Source: Omnitrophica bacterium GWA2_41_15
Lineage (GTDB): Bacteria > Omnitrophota > Gorgyraeia > Gygaellales > UBA12090
Reading direction: 5' to 3'
NCBI GenBank assembly: GCA_919902675.1
Contig: CAKKRH010000016.1
Span: 8,789 to 72,788 of the forward strand
Length of the DNA: 64,000 nucleotides
Below the pieces are notes generated by a model, which saw only the letters and a list, made by a program, of their open reading frames with translations, did not search any database and had not been told where the DNA came from. A program made the translations under genes and the position numbers. Positions 50,920 to 60,800 of the stretch are shown here, piece after piece. How positions within the stretch are numbered: the first letter of the stretch is position 1; every line of letters begins with the position of its first letter.

Positions 50920-53900
50920 ATGCAAGACGCGAATTTAATATACATTGACGAGTTGACCGATCTCTACAACAGGCGCTATTTATTCACCTACTTGCCCAAA
51001 GAATTGGAGATGGCCGAATCCCAGAAATACAATGTCTGGGTACTTATGCTGGATTTAGACGGATTCAAGGCCATAAACGACACCTACGGGCATCTCTGCG
51101 CGGATGAACTGCTTAAGGATATAGCTAAGATATTAAAGGATAATACAAAGTTTGAGGATAAAAAAATACGTTATGCCGGAGACGAGTTTACCATAGTCAT
51201 ATCCAATATCGACACCAAAGGCATCCCCGAGATAGCCAAAAGGCTGGTGGATAAGGTCAGTGCCTACAGATATAATGATCCCCGCTCCCAGAAGGAGATT
51301 GCCCTTACGGTCAGCCTGGGCATTGCCGGGTATCCTCAAGACGCCATAGAAGCCAGGAAATTAGTGGAGTTGGCGGATAAGGCTTTATATGTCTCAAAGC
51401 AGAAAGGCAAGAATTGTTTTTCCTCGGCTTCGGAAATAACCTCGGAGATGGTTTGGAAAAAGGATATTCTGGAAAGATTTCCTTGTCCTGTATTGGTGGG
51501 CAGGGAAAATGAATTTACCTCTCTGAAAAACTTTTTTAAGCTGACTTCCCAAACAAAAAAGGCGGATATCGTGTTTATCTCAGGGGAATTAGGCTCTGGC
51601 AAGAGCCGCATATTAGGTGAGTTCGGAAGATTCATATCCGCGGACAACAGCTTTATCTGCGCGCAAGCCAAATGCGCGGAGAAATATATGCTTGAGCCTT
51701 ATCGTATCCTGACCAATGTGTTGTATGGCTATTTTTCCAAGTTGGATAAGCTTCCTGAGGAACTTTTTGAAGGTTTTTCCAGGGATGAATTGTCGGTTTT
51801 ATTCAGCCTGCTTCCGGGCCTTGCCGATATGGCCGGGCTCGTCCAGGATAAGGACAAATCTCCCCATGATCCGCTTAAGCTCAGGGATTCATTAATTAAG
51901 CTGTTATCCAACCTATCATTAAAGAAATCCCCTTTAGCTATACTGCTGGATGATTTTCAGTATGTTGATGAGCAGACTATGGAATTATTATTATGTCTGG
52001 CGAAGAACAAAGGCCAGGCCGCGGTCTTGATTGTTTGTGCCTTTTCTTTAGCCGATGTATCGCAAGATATCGTTTTTAAGCCTGAGGCCTTTAGCGGTTG
52101 CGGTGAAGCCGTGATCTTGTCAAGTTTATCCGAAGAGGGGGTAAAAAATATGATATTGGCGATCTTTGCCGATATTTCGCTAACCGTTGATTTTTATGAT
52201 TTGATTTATAGGACAACTAAAGGCAACCCGCTCTTTGTGGAAGAGCTCTTGAAGCATATAGTGGAGAAGGAATATATATTCTATCAAAGAGGCCAGTGGA
52301 TGCAAAGAGACATTAAAGAGGCCGACCTTCCTAAGTCCATAGGGGATACTATTAAGGCCAGGCTGGAGATCTTAAGTCCGGAAATGAAGGATATGATCGC
52401 CAAGGCCGCGGCCATCGGCGGCAACTTTCAGATTGACCTCTTGCAGGGGATTGATAGCGAGGATAAGGGCTATGTTATGGATTTGGTGGGTTCAGCCAAG
52501 AAGATAGGCCTGATTTATGAAGCTGGCCCGGGAGGAGGCGATGAGTTCCGTTTTGCCACCGATGAAGTCCGGAAAATACTTTTTAAGGTTATCGGAGACA
52601 GCAATACCAAGCGCATATATTCCCGCTTAGGCCAGGCCGAAGAAAGGCTTAATTCGGACAATCTATCCAGGATAGCCGGCGAGCTTTATTATAATTTCAA
52701 GAAGGCCGAAGACTGGTCTAAGGCCGAGCATTACGCGAAGCTGGTTAAAGAAGGAAAAGGCGTATTTTATGACCAGGCCGTCAAGTACGCCCAGGATGTC
52801 CTGGAGGAAGCCAATATCAGTAAAATGCTTGCTCCTTTAAGCAAAGAGGCATTTTCACGAATGCCGGAGCTTATCCGTTCCATATATATAGCCGGAGTAA
52901 ACAGTACCCTGTATCCGGAAAACAGCCAGATCCGCGTTAAGTCCAACGAAGACGCCTATAATCTGCTGGTTAAGGCTTTATCGGAAACGGACCTATTGAA
53001 TATCGCCCGTATTGATAAGACTATAATCGTCAATAATAAAAAATTAGGCAAGGATATAAAGAACATATTCGTGGATTCTTTCAACTCGGCTTTAAGGAAT
53101 TTAAGCGTAGAAAGCGTATCTTTTCAAAAAGGGGTTAGTTTAGAGGAGCTTACAAAGTTCGTAAATCTGGTGAATTCCGCGGAAGAAAAAGAAGAGGGTT
53201 TCTTAAAGTGCCTGGAAAACTCAGGGGTGGTTAATATACGGGTAAATGAGGTAATCTACGACGTAGCTAAGAAGAAATCTAAGGAAAAGGAAGGGCTGGA
53301 AGATATCATGCTTATTGACTATCTTATGGGCAGGCTTCCGGGTAAGGGCAAGGCCGCGGACATGTCCGCGGCGGTAACGACTCACGCCGAAAAAATAGCT
53401 CAGGAGCTGGAGCGTTTAGGTGAACAGGCCGCCAATGCCGCCCCCGGCGTAGATAAGCAGGCGCTTAAGGCTGAAATTGTAGCCAAAAGCATTCAAAAAG
53501 TAGGGGGTAAGCTTTCCGCTAATGATGTAAATACGGACAAATATAAAGAGGGGTTGTCCAAAGCTATATTAGCTATGGAGCCAGCCTTGCGTTCGGATGT
53601 CTTGGCTAATCAGGCTGAAGACAAAGATGCCGATTCGGGTATAATTCAGGAGTTGGGGAGGGAATTGCCCGATGAGGTGATTATTGATGTCTTGAGTCGG
53701 CAGTATCTTAAAAAAGATATCGGCCTGGATAAAATGAAAAGGCTGGCGGAGCGTTTCTTGTTTAACCCGCAGAAGAAGAGCCGGATGGCTCCTGTTTTAA
53801 AGGAAAAGCTTACCGGTTTGGGGGCGTCCAAGGAGGAATGTGACTGGATTCTGGGCATTCAGGAGAGAGAGATTTCTTTGGACGCGAAGATGAAGAAGAT

Positions 53901-54900
53901 CATAGCCTTGCCGGCTAAGGAATTGGTCAGGGTGCTTCCGACATTAGAAATTGATTATGTGGTTAAAGAGTTCATGGTTCAGAAAGACGAGGCTCAGATT
54001 GAGGCGGTGATGGAGAGCCTGATCAGGGCCTTGGAACAAAAGCATCCCGACAACCACCTGCTCTCCGGATATCTGAAGAATATGCTGGATATATTCATCA
54101 AGAGCTCTCCCGACAAATTACTGCCTAAGTTCATATACCGCTTCTGTAAGATTTATCCTCAGCATAGGGAAATCCTGCCGGTGTTTCTGGCGGTTTTTGA
54201 CTCTTATTTAGACCGGCTTATCCGCACTTTCCTTTCAGCCGAAAGATTTGATTTAATGAGGGATTTGCTTGAAGTTTACGCGAGCGATCAGAAGGCTATT
54301 GAAGGCGTTTCGGGGATCATAAATTCCATATCTGACAAATTAATTGAAGAATTCGTCAGGCGCATGGACACCAAACTGGATCTGGGTGTGCTCACGGAAA
54401 TAGTCATCCTACTTAAAGATAAGGTGCTGGGTAAGCTGATAGATTCGGGATTATTCGAAGGAGGTGTGCCGGAAGGCAAGTATTTTGAGGCCTATCTGAG
54501 GAGGCGGGTAATCGCCAGAATTCTTGACTGTATGCCCAGCGAACTTGTGTTGAACATTTTTAAGAACAGGTTTATGTCCGTCAAGAGTTACCTGACGAAC
54601 AATTTGATTGAGATTATAGCCGCGATGGAAAGCGAAGATATCGCCGAGGCCCTTGAGCCTGTGCTTTCCGGTCCAGACCCCGCGGTGCGCCGCAAGGTAA
54701 TTTTCGTTTTAGGGAAAATGAAGTCTGGCAGAAGCGCCAGGTTGCTGTTAAAGATTTCCGGCGATAAAGATAAAGAGGCCGCGGGCCTGGCCTTACGGAC
54801 CCTTAAAGGCCGGGCTGATGAGGCGGCCAAACTGGTTATCAAGGCGGCCTTAGGAAGCAACAGCCTCATCCAGGCTTTGCGCGACGGATTATCGTCATGA
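50920..54900 (+). CDS. 1326-aa GGDEF (AGDEF variant) diguanylate-cyclase domain + AAA_16/STAND-like NTPase + long helical region + C-terminal HEAT repeats
   Basis: DELTDLYNRRYL…LDLDGFKAINDTYGH…IRYAGDEFTIVI, then VGRENEFTSL…IVFISGELGSGKSRILGEF (Walker A) and LAILLDDFQYVDEQT (Walker B), then a HEAT-like tail DPAVRRKVIFVLGKMKSGRSARLLL. It starts 2 nt after the pilB paralogue 2 stop. Confidence 0.7.
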   Translation: MQDANLIYIDELTDLYNRRYLFTYLPKELEMAESQKYNVWVLMLDLDGFKAINDTYGHLCADELLKDIAKILKDNTKFEDKKIRYAGDEFTIVISNIDTKGIPEIAKRLVDKVSAYRYNDPRSQKEIALTVSLGIAGYPQDAIEARKLVELADKALYVSKQKGKNCFSSASEITSEMVWKKDILERFPCPVLVGRENEFTSLKNFFKLTSQTKKADIVFISGELGSGKSRILGEFGRFISADNSFICAQAKCAEKYMLEPYRILTNVLYGYFSKLDKLPEELFEGFSRDELSVLFSLLPGLADMAGLVQDKDKSPHDPLKLRDSLIKLLSNLSLKKSPLAILLDDFQYVDEQTMELLLCLAKNKGQAAVLIVCAFSLADVSQDIVFKPEAFSGCGEAVILSSLSEEGVKNMILAIFADISLTVDFYDLIYRTTKGNPLFVEELLKHIVEKEYIFYQRGQWMQRDIKEADLPKSIGDTIKARLEILSPEMKDMIAKAAAIGGNFQIDLLQGIDSEDKGYVMDLVGSAKKIGLIYEAGPGGGDEFRFATDEVRKILFKVIGDSNTKRIYSRLGQAEERLNSDNLSRIAGELYYNFKKAEDWSKAEHYAKLVKEGKGVFYDQAVKYAQDVLEEANISKMLAPLSKEAFSRMPELIRSIYIAGVNSTLYPENSQIRVKSNEDAYNLLVKALSETDLLNIARIDKTIIVNNKKLGKDIKNIFVDSFNSALRNLSVESVSFQKGVSLEELTKFVNLVNSAEEKEEGFLKCLENSGVVNIRVNEVIYDVAKKKSKEKEGLEDIMLIDYLMGRLPGKGKAADMSAAVTTHAEKIAQELERLGEQAANAAPGVDKQALKAEIVAKSIQKVGGKLSANDVNTDKYKEGLSKAILAMEPALRSDVLANQAEDKDADSGIIQELGRELPDEVIIDVLSRQYLKKDIGLDKMKRLAERFLFNPQKKSRMAPVLKEKLTGLGASKEECDWILGIQEREISLDAKMKKIIALPAKELVRVLPTLEIDYVVKEFMVQKDEAQIEAVMESLIRALEQKHPDNHLLSGYLKNMLDIFIKSSPDKLLPKFIYRFCKIYPQHREILPVFLAVFDSYLDRLIRTFLSAERFDLMRDLLEVYASDQKAIEGVSGIINSISDKLIEEFVRRMDTKLDLGVLTEIVILLKDKVLGKLIDSGLFEGGVPEGKYFEAYLRRRVIARILDCMPSELVLNIFKNRFMSVKSYLTNNLIEIIAAMESEDIAEALEPVLSGPDPAVRRKVIFVLGKMKSGRSARLLLKISGDKDKEAAGLALRTLKGRADEAAKLVIKAALGSNSLIQALRDGLSS

Positions 54901-54942
54901 AGAAAACATTTTTAAGGATAGGGTATACTATATATAGATAAG

Positions 54943-55404
54943 ATGGAAAAAGATTTTGTTTTTCAGCGAAAGATCCGCAAGGTAAACCTGATCGGCCAGG
55001 TCCTCTTAAAGAAAAACCTGATTAGCCAGGAGCAGTTGGAGGCGGGCCTGAATATTCAGAAAAGCGAGGGCGGATTATTGGGTAATATCTTGGTGGGTAA
55101 GGGTTTTTTGTCGGAGGAATCCTTTGCCATGGCCTTGTCCAGCCAGCTGGACTTAGCCTATATACCGATAGAAAAATACAACGTGTCCCGGGAGGCTATT
55201 AAGATGGTCCCCAGGAATTTGGCAGAGAAAAATTGTATTTTGCCAATAGAGAAGACCGGCAGCGTCTTGACCCTGTCTTGCGCTGACCCGCTTAACGTCA
55301 GGGCGATTGCCGAGGTGGAAGCAGTGGCTAATTGCCTGGCAGTCCCTCTTATCGGGACGCGTTCGGAAATAGAAAAGGCGATACATTCGCACTATTCAAG
55401 CTGA
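54943..55404 (+). CDS. Stand-alone GspE N-terminal (T2SSE_N / MshEN-like) domain protein
   Basis: 153 aa. Tandem 24-residue motifs LIGQVLLKKNLISQEQLEAGLNIQ and LLGNILVGKGFLSEESFAMALSSQ are separated by 5 aa (KSEGG). They are followed by …VPRNLAEKNCILPIEKTGSVLTLSCADPLN…, typical of the T2SSE_N fold. Confidence 0.65.
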   Translation: MEKDFVFQRKIRKVNLIGQVLLKKNLISQEQLEAGLNIQKSEGGLLGNILVGKGFLSEESFAMALSSQLDLAYIPIEKYNVSREAIKMVPRNLAEKNCILPIEKTGSVLTLSCADPLNVRAIAEVEAVANCLAVPLIGTRSEIEKAIHSHYSS

Positions 55405-55486
55405 AACTTTGATAGTCTTATTTTATTTCTGTGAACTGTCAATCGCCAACTGCCTGCCCTGAGCTTGTCGAAGGGTTAACTAAATT

Positions 55487-56704
55487 ATGTCTAAATACGC
55501 TTACTTAGCCAAGGATAAAGAAGCCCATAGCTTTAGTGGGACAATTGAGTCCAGAGATCCCTCTGCGGCGGTATTAGAGCTAAAGAAGAGGGGCCTGATC
55601 GTAATTTCGGTAGTTGAAGAAAAAGTGGTCAAGGCAAAGGCCGGGGATAAATTTAAAGGCAAAAAGATAAAGACTGCTGAGATTGTAGTCTTTTGCCGGC
55701 AATTAGCCACCCTGGTTTCATCGGGGGTGTCTTTATTGACCTGTTTGAATATCATCTACGATCAGATCGAAAGCGTTTATTTAAAGCAAATAGTTGTGGA
55801 TTTAAAAAAGGATATCGAGGCCGGAAGTAGTCTGTTTAACGCCTTTTCCAAATATCGCGGTGTATTTCCCGGGATCTTCATAAATATGGTCAAGGCCGGG
55901 GAGGCCAGCGGGAGCTTGGGTGAGATTCTGGATCGGGTGGCAGTATACTTAGAGAAGAGCGAGAAGACCGCGCGCAAGATAAAAGCGGCCATGACCTATC
56001 CGGCCATAGTCATATTTATGTCCGTGGCTATCCTGATCTTTCTTATCCTTAAAGTAGTGCCTACTTTTAAGAGCATGTTTGAAAGCCTGAAAGGGGAATT
56101 ACCTTTACCTACCAAGCTTTTAATCGCGATCAGCGACAATGGCCTGCGTTTCTTTCCTTTTATCCTGGTAGGTGCTGTGCTTGCATGGATTATTTTTATC
56201 AAATACATCAACAGCGATAAAGGTAGATTGAATTTTGACCGTTTCAAGCTTAAGGCCCCGATGTTCGGAGCGCTTTTTGAGAAAGTGGTAATGAGTAGGT
56301 TTGCCTCAACCCTGGCCATCCTCTTAAGAAGCGGGGTGAATATCCTTGAGGCCTTTGACATTGTGGGTGAGGTTTTGGGAAATAAGGTGATTCAAGGCGC
56401 GGTCCAGCAGACCAAGATTTCTTTGAGCTCAGGCACCAATATCGCCAAGCCGATGGAGGAGACCGGCCGGTTTCCTCCATTTGTCTATAAGATGATCGCC
56501 ATCGGCGAGCAGACGGGTGAGCTGGAAAAAATGCTGGCCAAGGTTTCCGAATATTACGAATCCCAGGTGGATGAGGCCATAGCCGGGCTTTCTTCTATGA
56601 TTGAGCCTCTGATTATTTCTTTTCTGGGCACGACCGTGGGCTTTATCGTGGTTTCGATGTTTCTGCCGATATTCAAGATGACCCAGATGGTCCAAGGAGG
56701 TTGA
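55487..56704 (+). CDS. pilC: Type IV pilus / T2SS platform protein (PilC/GspF family)
   Basis: 405 aa with a duplicated GspF-type domain (FCRQLATLVSSGVSLLTCL and FASTLAILLRSGVNILEAF), three TM segments and C-terminal PLIISFLG…VSMFLPIF. Confidence 0.9.
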   Translation: MSKYAYLAKDKEAHSFSGTIESRDPSAAVLELKKRGLIVISVVEEKVVKAKAGDKFKGKKIKTAEIVVFCRQLATLVSSGVSLLTCLNIIYDQIESVYLKQIVVDLKKDIEAGSSLFNAFSKYRGVFPGIFINMVKAGEASGSLGEILDRVAVYLEKSEKTARKIKAAMTYPAIVIFMSVAILIFLILKVVPTFKSMFESLKGELPLPTKLLIAISDNGLRFFPFILVGAVLAWIIFIKYINSDKGRLNFDRFKLKAPMFGALFEKVVMSRFASTLAILLRSGVNILEAFDIVGEVLGNKVIQGAVQQTKISLSSGTNIAKPMEETGRFPPFVYKMIAIGEQTGELEKMLAKVSEYYESQVDEAIAGLSSMIEPLIISFLGTTVGFIVVSMFLPIFKMTQMVQGG

Positions 56705-56705
56705 T

Positions 56706-57152
56706 ATGAAGAGTAAAGGATTTAGCCTTTTGGAGGTGATGTTTTCGGCTCTGGTAATGGTGGCCTTATTGGTTGGGGTTTTAAGCCTTTATATCAGTTG
56801 TCTTAATCTTCAGGAGACGGCGAAGAATTCCTCCCGGGCCTCTTTTCAGCTCAGCTCCATGATCGAAGAGATAAAAGGGACTAATTTTAATAATATAAAC
56901 GCGACATATAATAATCAAAGGCTTGACTTGGAGGGTTTAGACGGTGAGATGTTGGTAGAGGTTACCCCTAACGGCACAGACCTTCTGGAGGTGCGGGTTA
57001 TTGCCGGCTGGACCCAAAAAGGGGGAAGCGCTATTGGCGAATACGGGCCAAATCCGGATAATTCTAATCAGGTTGAGCTTTATGACGTGGATAACGATAC
57101 TGTTATAGAATCCCCTTATGAGCTAACCGCAGCCATAGCTAATATGAACTAA
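56706..57152 (+). CDS. Prepilin-type (N-methylation motif) pilin/pseudopilin
   Basis: MKSKG|FSLLEVMFSALVMVALLVGVL: a short basic leader, G-F cleavage site, and Glu at +5. Confidence 0.7.
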   Translation: MKSKGFSLLEVMFSALVMVALLVGVLSLYISCLNLQETAKNSSRASFQLSSMIEEIKGTNFNNINATYNNQRLDLEGLDGEMLVEVTPNGTDLLEVRVIAGWTQKGGSAIGEYGPNPDNSNQVELYDVDNDTVIESPYELTAAIANMN

Positions 57153-57154
57153 AG

Positions 57155-57766
57155 ATGATTATGAATATGCCGCAAATTACAAATCACGGCCTTACTCCGC
57201 TAGAAACCAATGATCCACCCGTAAGAAGCAAGAGGTTTCTATTGGGGTTTACCTTGGTTGAGGTGATGATAGTGGTAGTCATATTCAGTATTATATTTGG
57301 CGTTAGCTTTGATGTCCTGCTTAGCGGAAGAAGGAGTTTTGATGCTTCATCAATACGCTATGACATTCAAACAAATGCCGCGCTTGGCCTGAACAATATG
57401 GCCCGCGAGCTTAAGAATAGCGCCTCCTTGTATGTGGATGTGGATGTAGGCGGTGATTCTGTCAGGTTCCTGGTGCCGGTGGGTTATAGTCAAAGCGGCG
57501 ATATCATTTGGGGGGCCGACGGAGAGACTAACCACCGGATCCGCTATGAGGTTAATGGTCAGAATCAATTGGTGAGAGACAGGTTCGATGCCTCTGATTC
57601 TATTGTCAACGGGACCACCCGGATCCTGGCCAATTATGTGGATGATGTGGATTTTGACAGCCAGCCTAACGGCCTTATTATGAATATTACCACCTCCGAG
57701 CAAAATAAGGTTACCAAAGAATGGCTGGATGAGAATCTGTCTTCGACGATAACCTTTCGCAATTAA
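57155..57766 (+). CDS. Prepilin-type pseudopilin with unusually long leader
   Basis: …VRSKRFLLG|FTLVEVMIVVVIFSIIFG. The only in-frame ATGs are at 57155, 57161 and 57167, giving a 37-41-aa leader. Confidence 0.6.
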   Translation: MIMNMPQITNHGLTPLETNDPPVRSKRFLLGFTLVEVMIVVVIFSIIFGVSFDVLLSGRRSFDASSIRYDIQTNAALGLNNMARELKNSASLYVDVDVGGDSVRFLVPVGYSQSGDIIWGADGETNHRIRYEVNGQNQLVRDRFDASDSIVNGTTRILANYVDDVDFDSQPNGLIMNITTSEQNKVTKEWLDENLSSTITFRN

Positions 57767-57811
57767 GCCAAAAATTGGCAAATTGGAATTTTACACTATT
57801 GTCAGGCCACC

Positions 57812-57839
57812 TTGAAAATACCGCAAGATGTGGTATACT
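57812..57839 (+). promoter_or_regulatory. Sigma-70-type promoter with extended -10 upstream of the 1200-aa gene
   Basis: TTGAAA, a 16-nt spacer, then TGgTATACT. Confidence 0.5.
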
Positions 57840-57881
57840 TTAAGCAAAGATATAATAAGTAATTTTTAAACAATTACCCCG

Positions 57882-60800
57882 ATGAAAAAGAATCTTAGGC
57901 TAGGCAATCAGGGCTTTATCCTAATGACCACCCTTATGGTGGGCACGGTCCTGACCGTGCTCTCCGGGGCCTATTTTGCCTCTTCCTTAAGCCAGAGTAA
58001 TATCGCCAGAAGGCAGTTTGAGGCCAACCAAGAGTTTTACAGCGCCGAATCCGGGATTGCCTATGGTTATGTGGAGGCGCTAAGCGGGGGCACCTTGACG
58101 CATAAAATAATAAACTCGATAACCGGAGAGCTTGAGGGCGAACTTAAAGGCGATAGGCAGTTTTCCGCGGATGTCGTTGACATTGACGGCTCAGGAAATA
58201 TGGTTATCAAGAACAAGGCAGGCAGGGTTATTGCCAAGGGAAAAATATACGAAAAAGGCTCGGATACTATTATCCTGGTTCAGGCGGTTAACGCGGACGG
58301 AGAAGAAACAGGACCGATACACCGTTATGTGATAAGCCATAAATCACTGTATAAGTATTTTGAGTTTTATGACACCGGCACCTGTAATGCCGCCGGAAAT
58401 TGGAAGTGTTATGAATGGAGCCTTGGCTGGTCAGGGACGCATAAAGGTAAGCTGGTTGCGAATGCCAGCACGAGCCCCGAAACCTATTTTGCCGTAGGCA
58501 AGGTCCATGTCAACGGTAATATTTTATTAAATGTTGAGGATTTTGAAAGCCTTCCGGAGTTGAGCTGTTCCGGACAATTCCTTTATGGCAACAAAACTCA
58601 ATTTAGCGAACCGGCGTTATGGGATAACATAACTTGGAATAATACCAATAAAAGCCGCACTTATAACTACAATCAATCAAATTGCGCCAACTGTATGCTT
58701 GATGGCCTGGCACCTCTGAATCGCTATGAATATTCTCCTTATAACTTTGTCTATCCTTTAGAGTATGATAATTTGACTGTTACGGCCTCTCCGATTTCGG
58801 AAAGAAGCGGCACGGCCAGAGATTGGGCACACGAACCCGGAGTGCATATCTATGGTTATCAGGTAACCGATGACTGGCCCGATATAACCACTTACGGTAA
58901 CACGCATTTTTGGATGGATATTGATAAAAGCGGGGTTCTAACTTCAAGCGAAAGGCAATATATCCCTAAGATACTGCCTAGTTGCTCCGGCTGCGGTTAT
59001 GATTGGGATAAATATAGCGGTAATCTTAATGATAATTACGCGAGCTGGTTAAGGTTTGGTAGCGGGTCAACCACTTGCTCTGATTCCCAAGCGGTAAGAT
59101 TTGAGGTTACCAACAGTAGTTATCAATATGAAGCCTTAAGGTGGTTGGCGGATAAGGAAAGCGCCGCTAATCCCAATATCAGCAGCAGTAGCCCCAGCGA
59201 ATACAGCAGTGCCACAACCGCTAACTGGCTGACTACCGCGGCCACAACCGCAAGCAGTGTATCTGCGAACAGTCGGTGGGATTCTTATGAATACGACCGG
59301 GTAACCCTTTTGAGTATACTGAATGAAGGCAATGCCGCATCCGGCCTCAATCCCAATCAAGGCTCAGGGCTGAAGGACCAAAGCGAATACGGCCTTTATG
59401 TAATAGTTAAATATTATCTGGCGAATGGGAGCTTTCCTTCTGGAACAGACGCGGTTATACAAAATTGGGTTACGGATTCAGGTCGATTACCGGCTTTTGA
59501 CGGCGTGTCCGGCCTTTCTTTAAATGATTTTTTTGCCTGGTGGAAACAGCGCAGGCATCATCACGGATTTGACCTTTCTGACTGCTCCTCTGCCTCTTAT
59601 GACGGGAATTGGTGTTTTTCTAATGATAAAACAGCTCAGACCACCGATGGCTATGGCCGCGCTGTCCCGGCAGTCCCGGCCTGGGAGAGGATTTTCTGGG
59701 AGGCCTGGCTTAATTATTGGCCTCCTGTCCGGGGTAAAAACCATAATCAGGTTTATAGCCCTGCGGACAACCGCCACGCCATAAATCCAGAATGGTGGGA
59801 GGACCTGGTTTATGGAAATGACCGCCCGGTTTCTGGAACTACGGATACAGTATTATCCTTGACTCATCTTAATACCTATAACGAGCCTCAAGCGGGTGTA
59901 TTTTCCGCTTGGCTTAAGGATAGGGGTCTGCTTGATGAGTCTAATAATTATGCCGGCAGTATTATTAAGTTTGACGCTCCTATAAGCGGTTATCATGGCC
60001 ATGCTGATTGCCCAGGACACGGAGGAGAAATACTTGAGCCGTTGAGCATAAAGGAGGCCTATAAGCCTCTTGCCCAGAAGGCAGGGGGGCTTTTTATAGA
60101 GCAAACTGCCGCGGATGAATTTACCGTTTATTATAACGGTGCTAATGTAGCTGATGGAGCGAGTTTAAGCGCTTGCCTGTCCGCGCTAAACGCCGCCGGA
60201 GGAGGAGCCGCCTGGATATCGGCCCAGGAGTTTTATAACCCCTATACTATCACTAAAGGAGTTTATGATCCTGCGCTAAGAAATCAGGATGAGACCAATA
60301 GCTCCAAGACCGCGGTGTATATTAACCCTTGCGATGTATATAGTACACTTGCCTATCCTTATATAGTAGATAACAGCGCCAGCTCTTGCTCTAGCTCCAC
60401 TGCTATACCTCCGACAGTAAAGGCCATACAGATAGATATCTCGCTTATGCCTTTTATAGGCGATAGCGATGATGATCATGTTATTTATATAGATGCTCCA
60501 GGCTATGATGTTCGTTTAAAAAACGGGGCTAAATTGCCGAATAACTTTACTTTGGCTAGCCCTTATGATGTCTATGTCCAGGCCCAAAAAAAGAGCGAAA
60601 GCGAGATGTCTTCTTTGTCCGGAGTTAATATAAATTTCGACGGGGATGCCACGGTTAATGAGGCAGATGTTTACCGGGGGGTGTTTAATTATGAGATAGG
60701 AGATAAAACCAGAACGGATCAAGGCTTAGATGCTAATTTTAAACCGGCGGCAGTGATTACTAATTCCCGGGTTTATTTTCTTTCTTCGGAGTTTCTGGAT

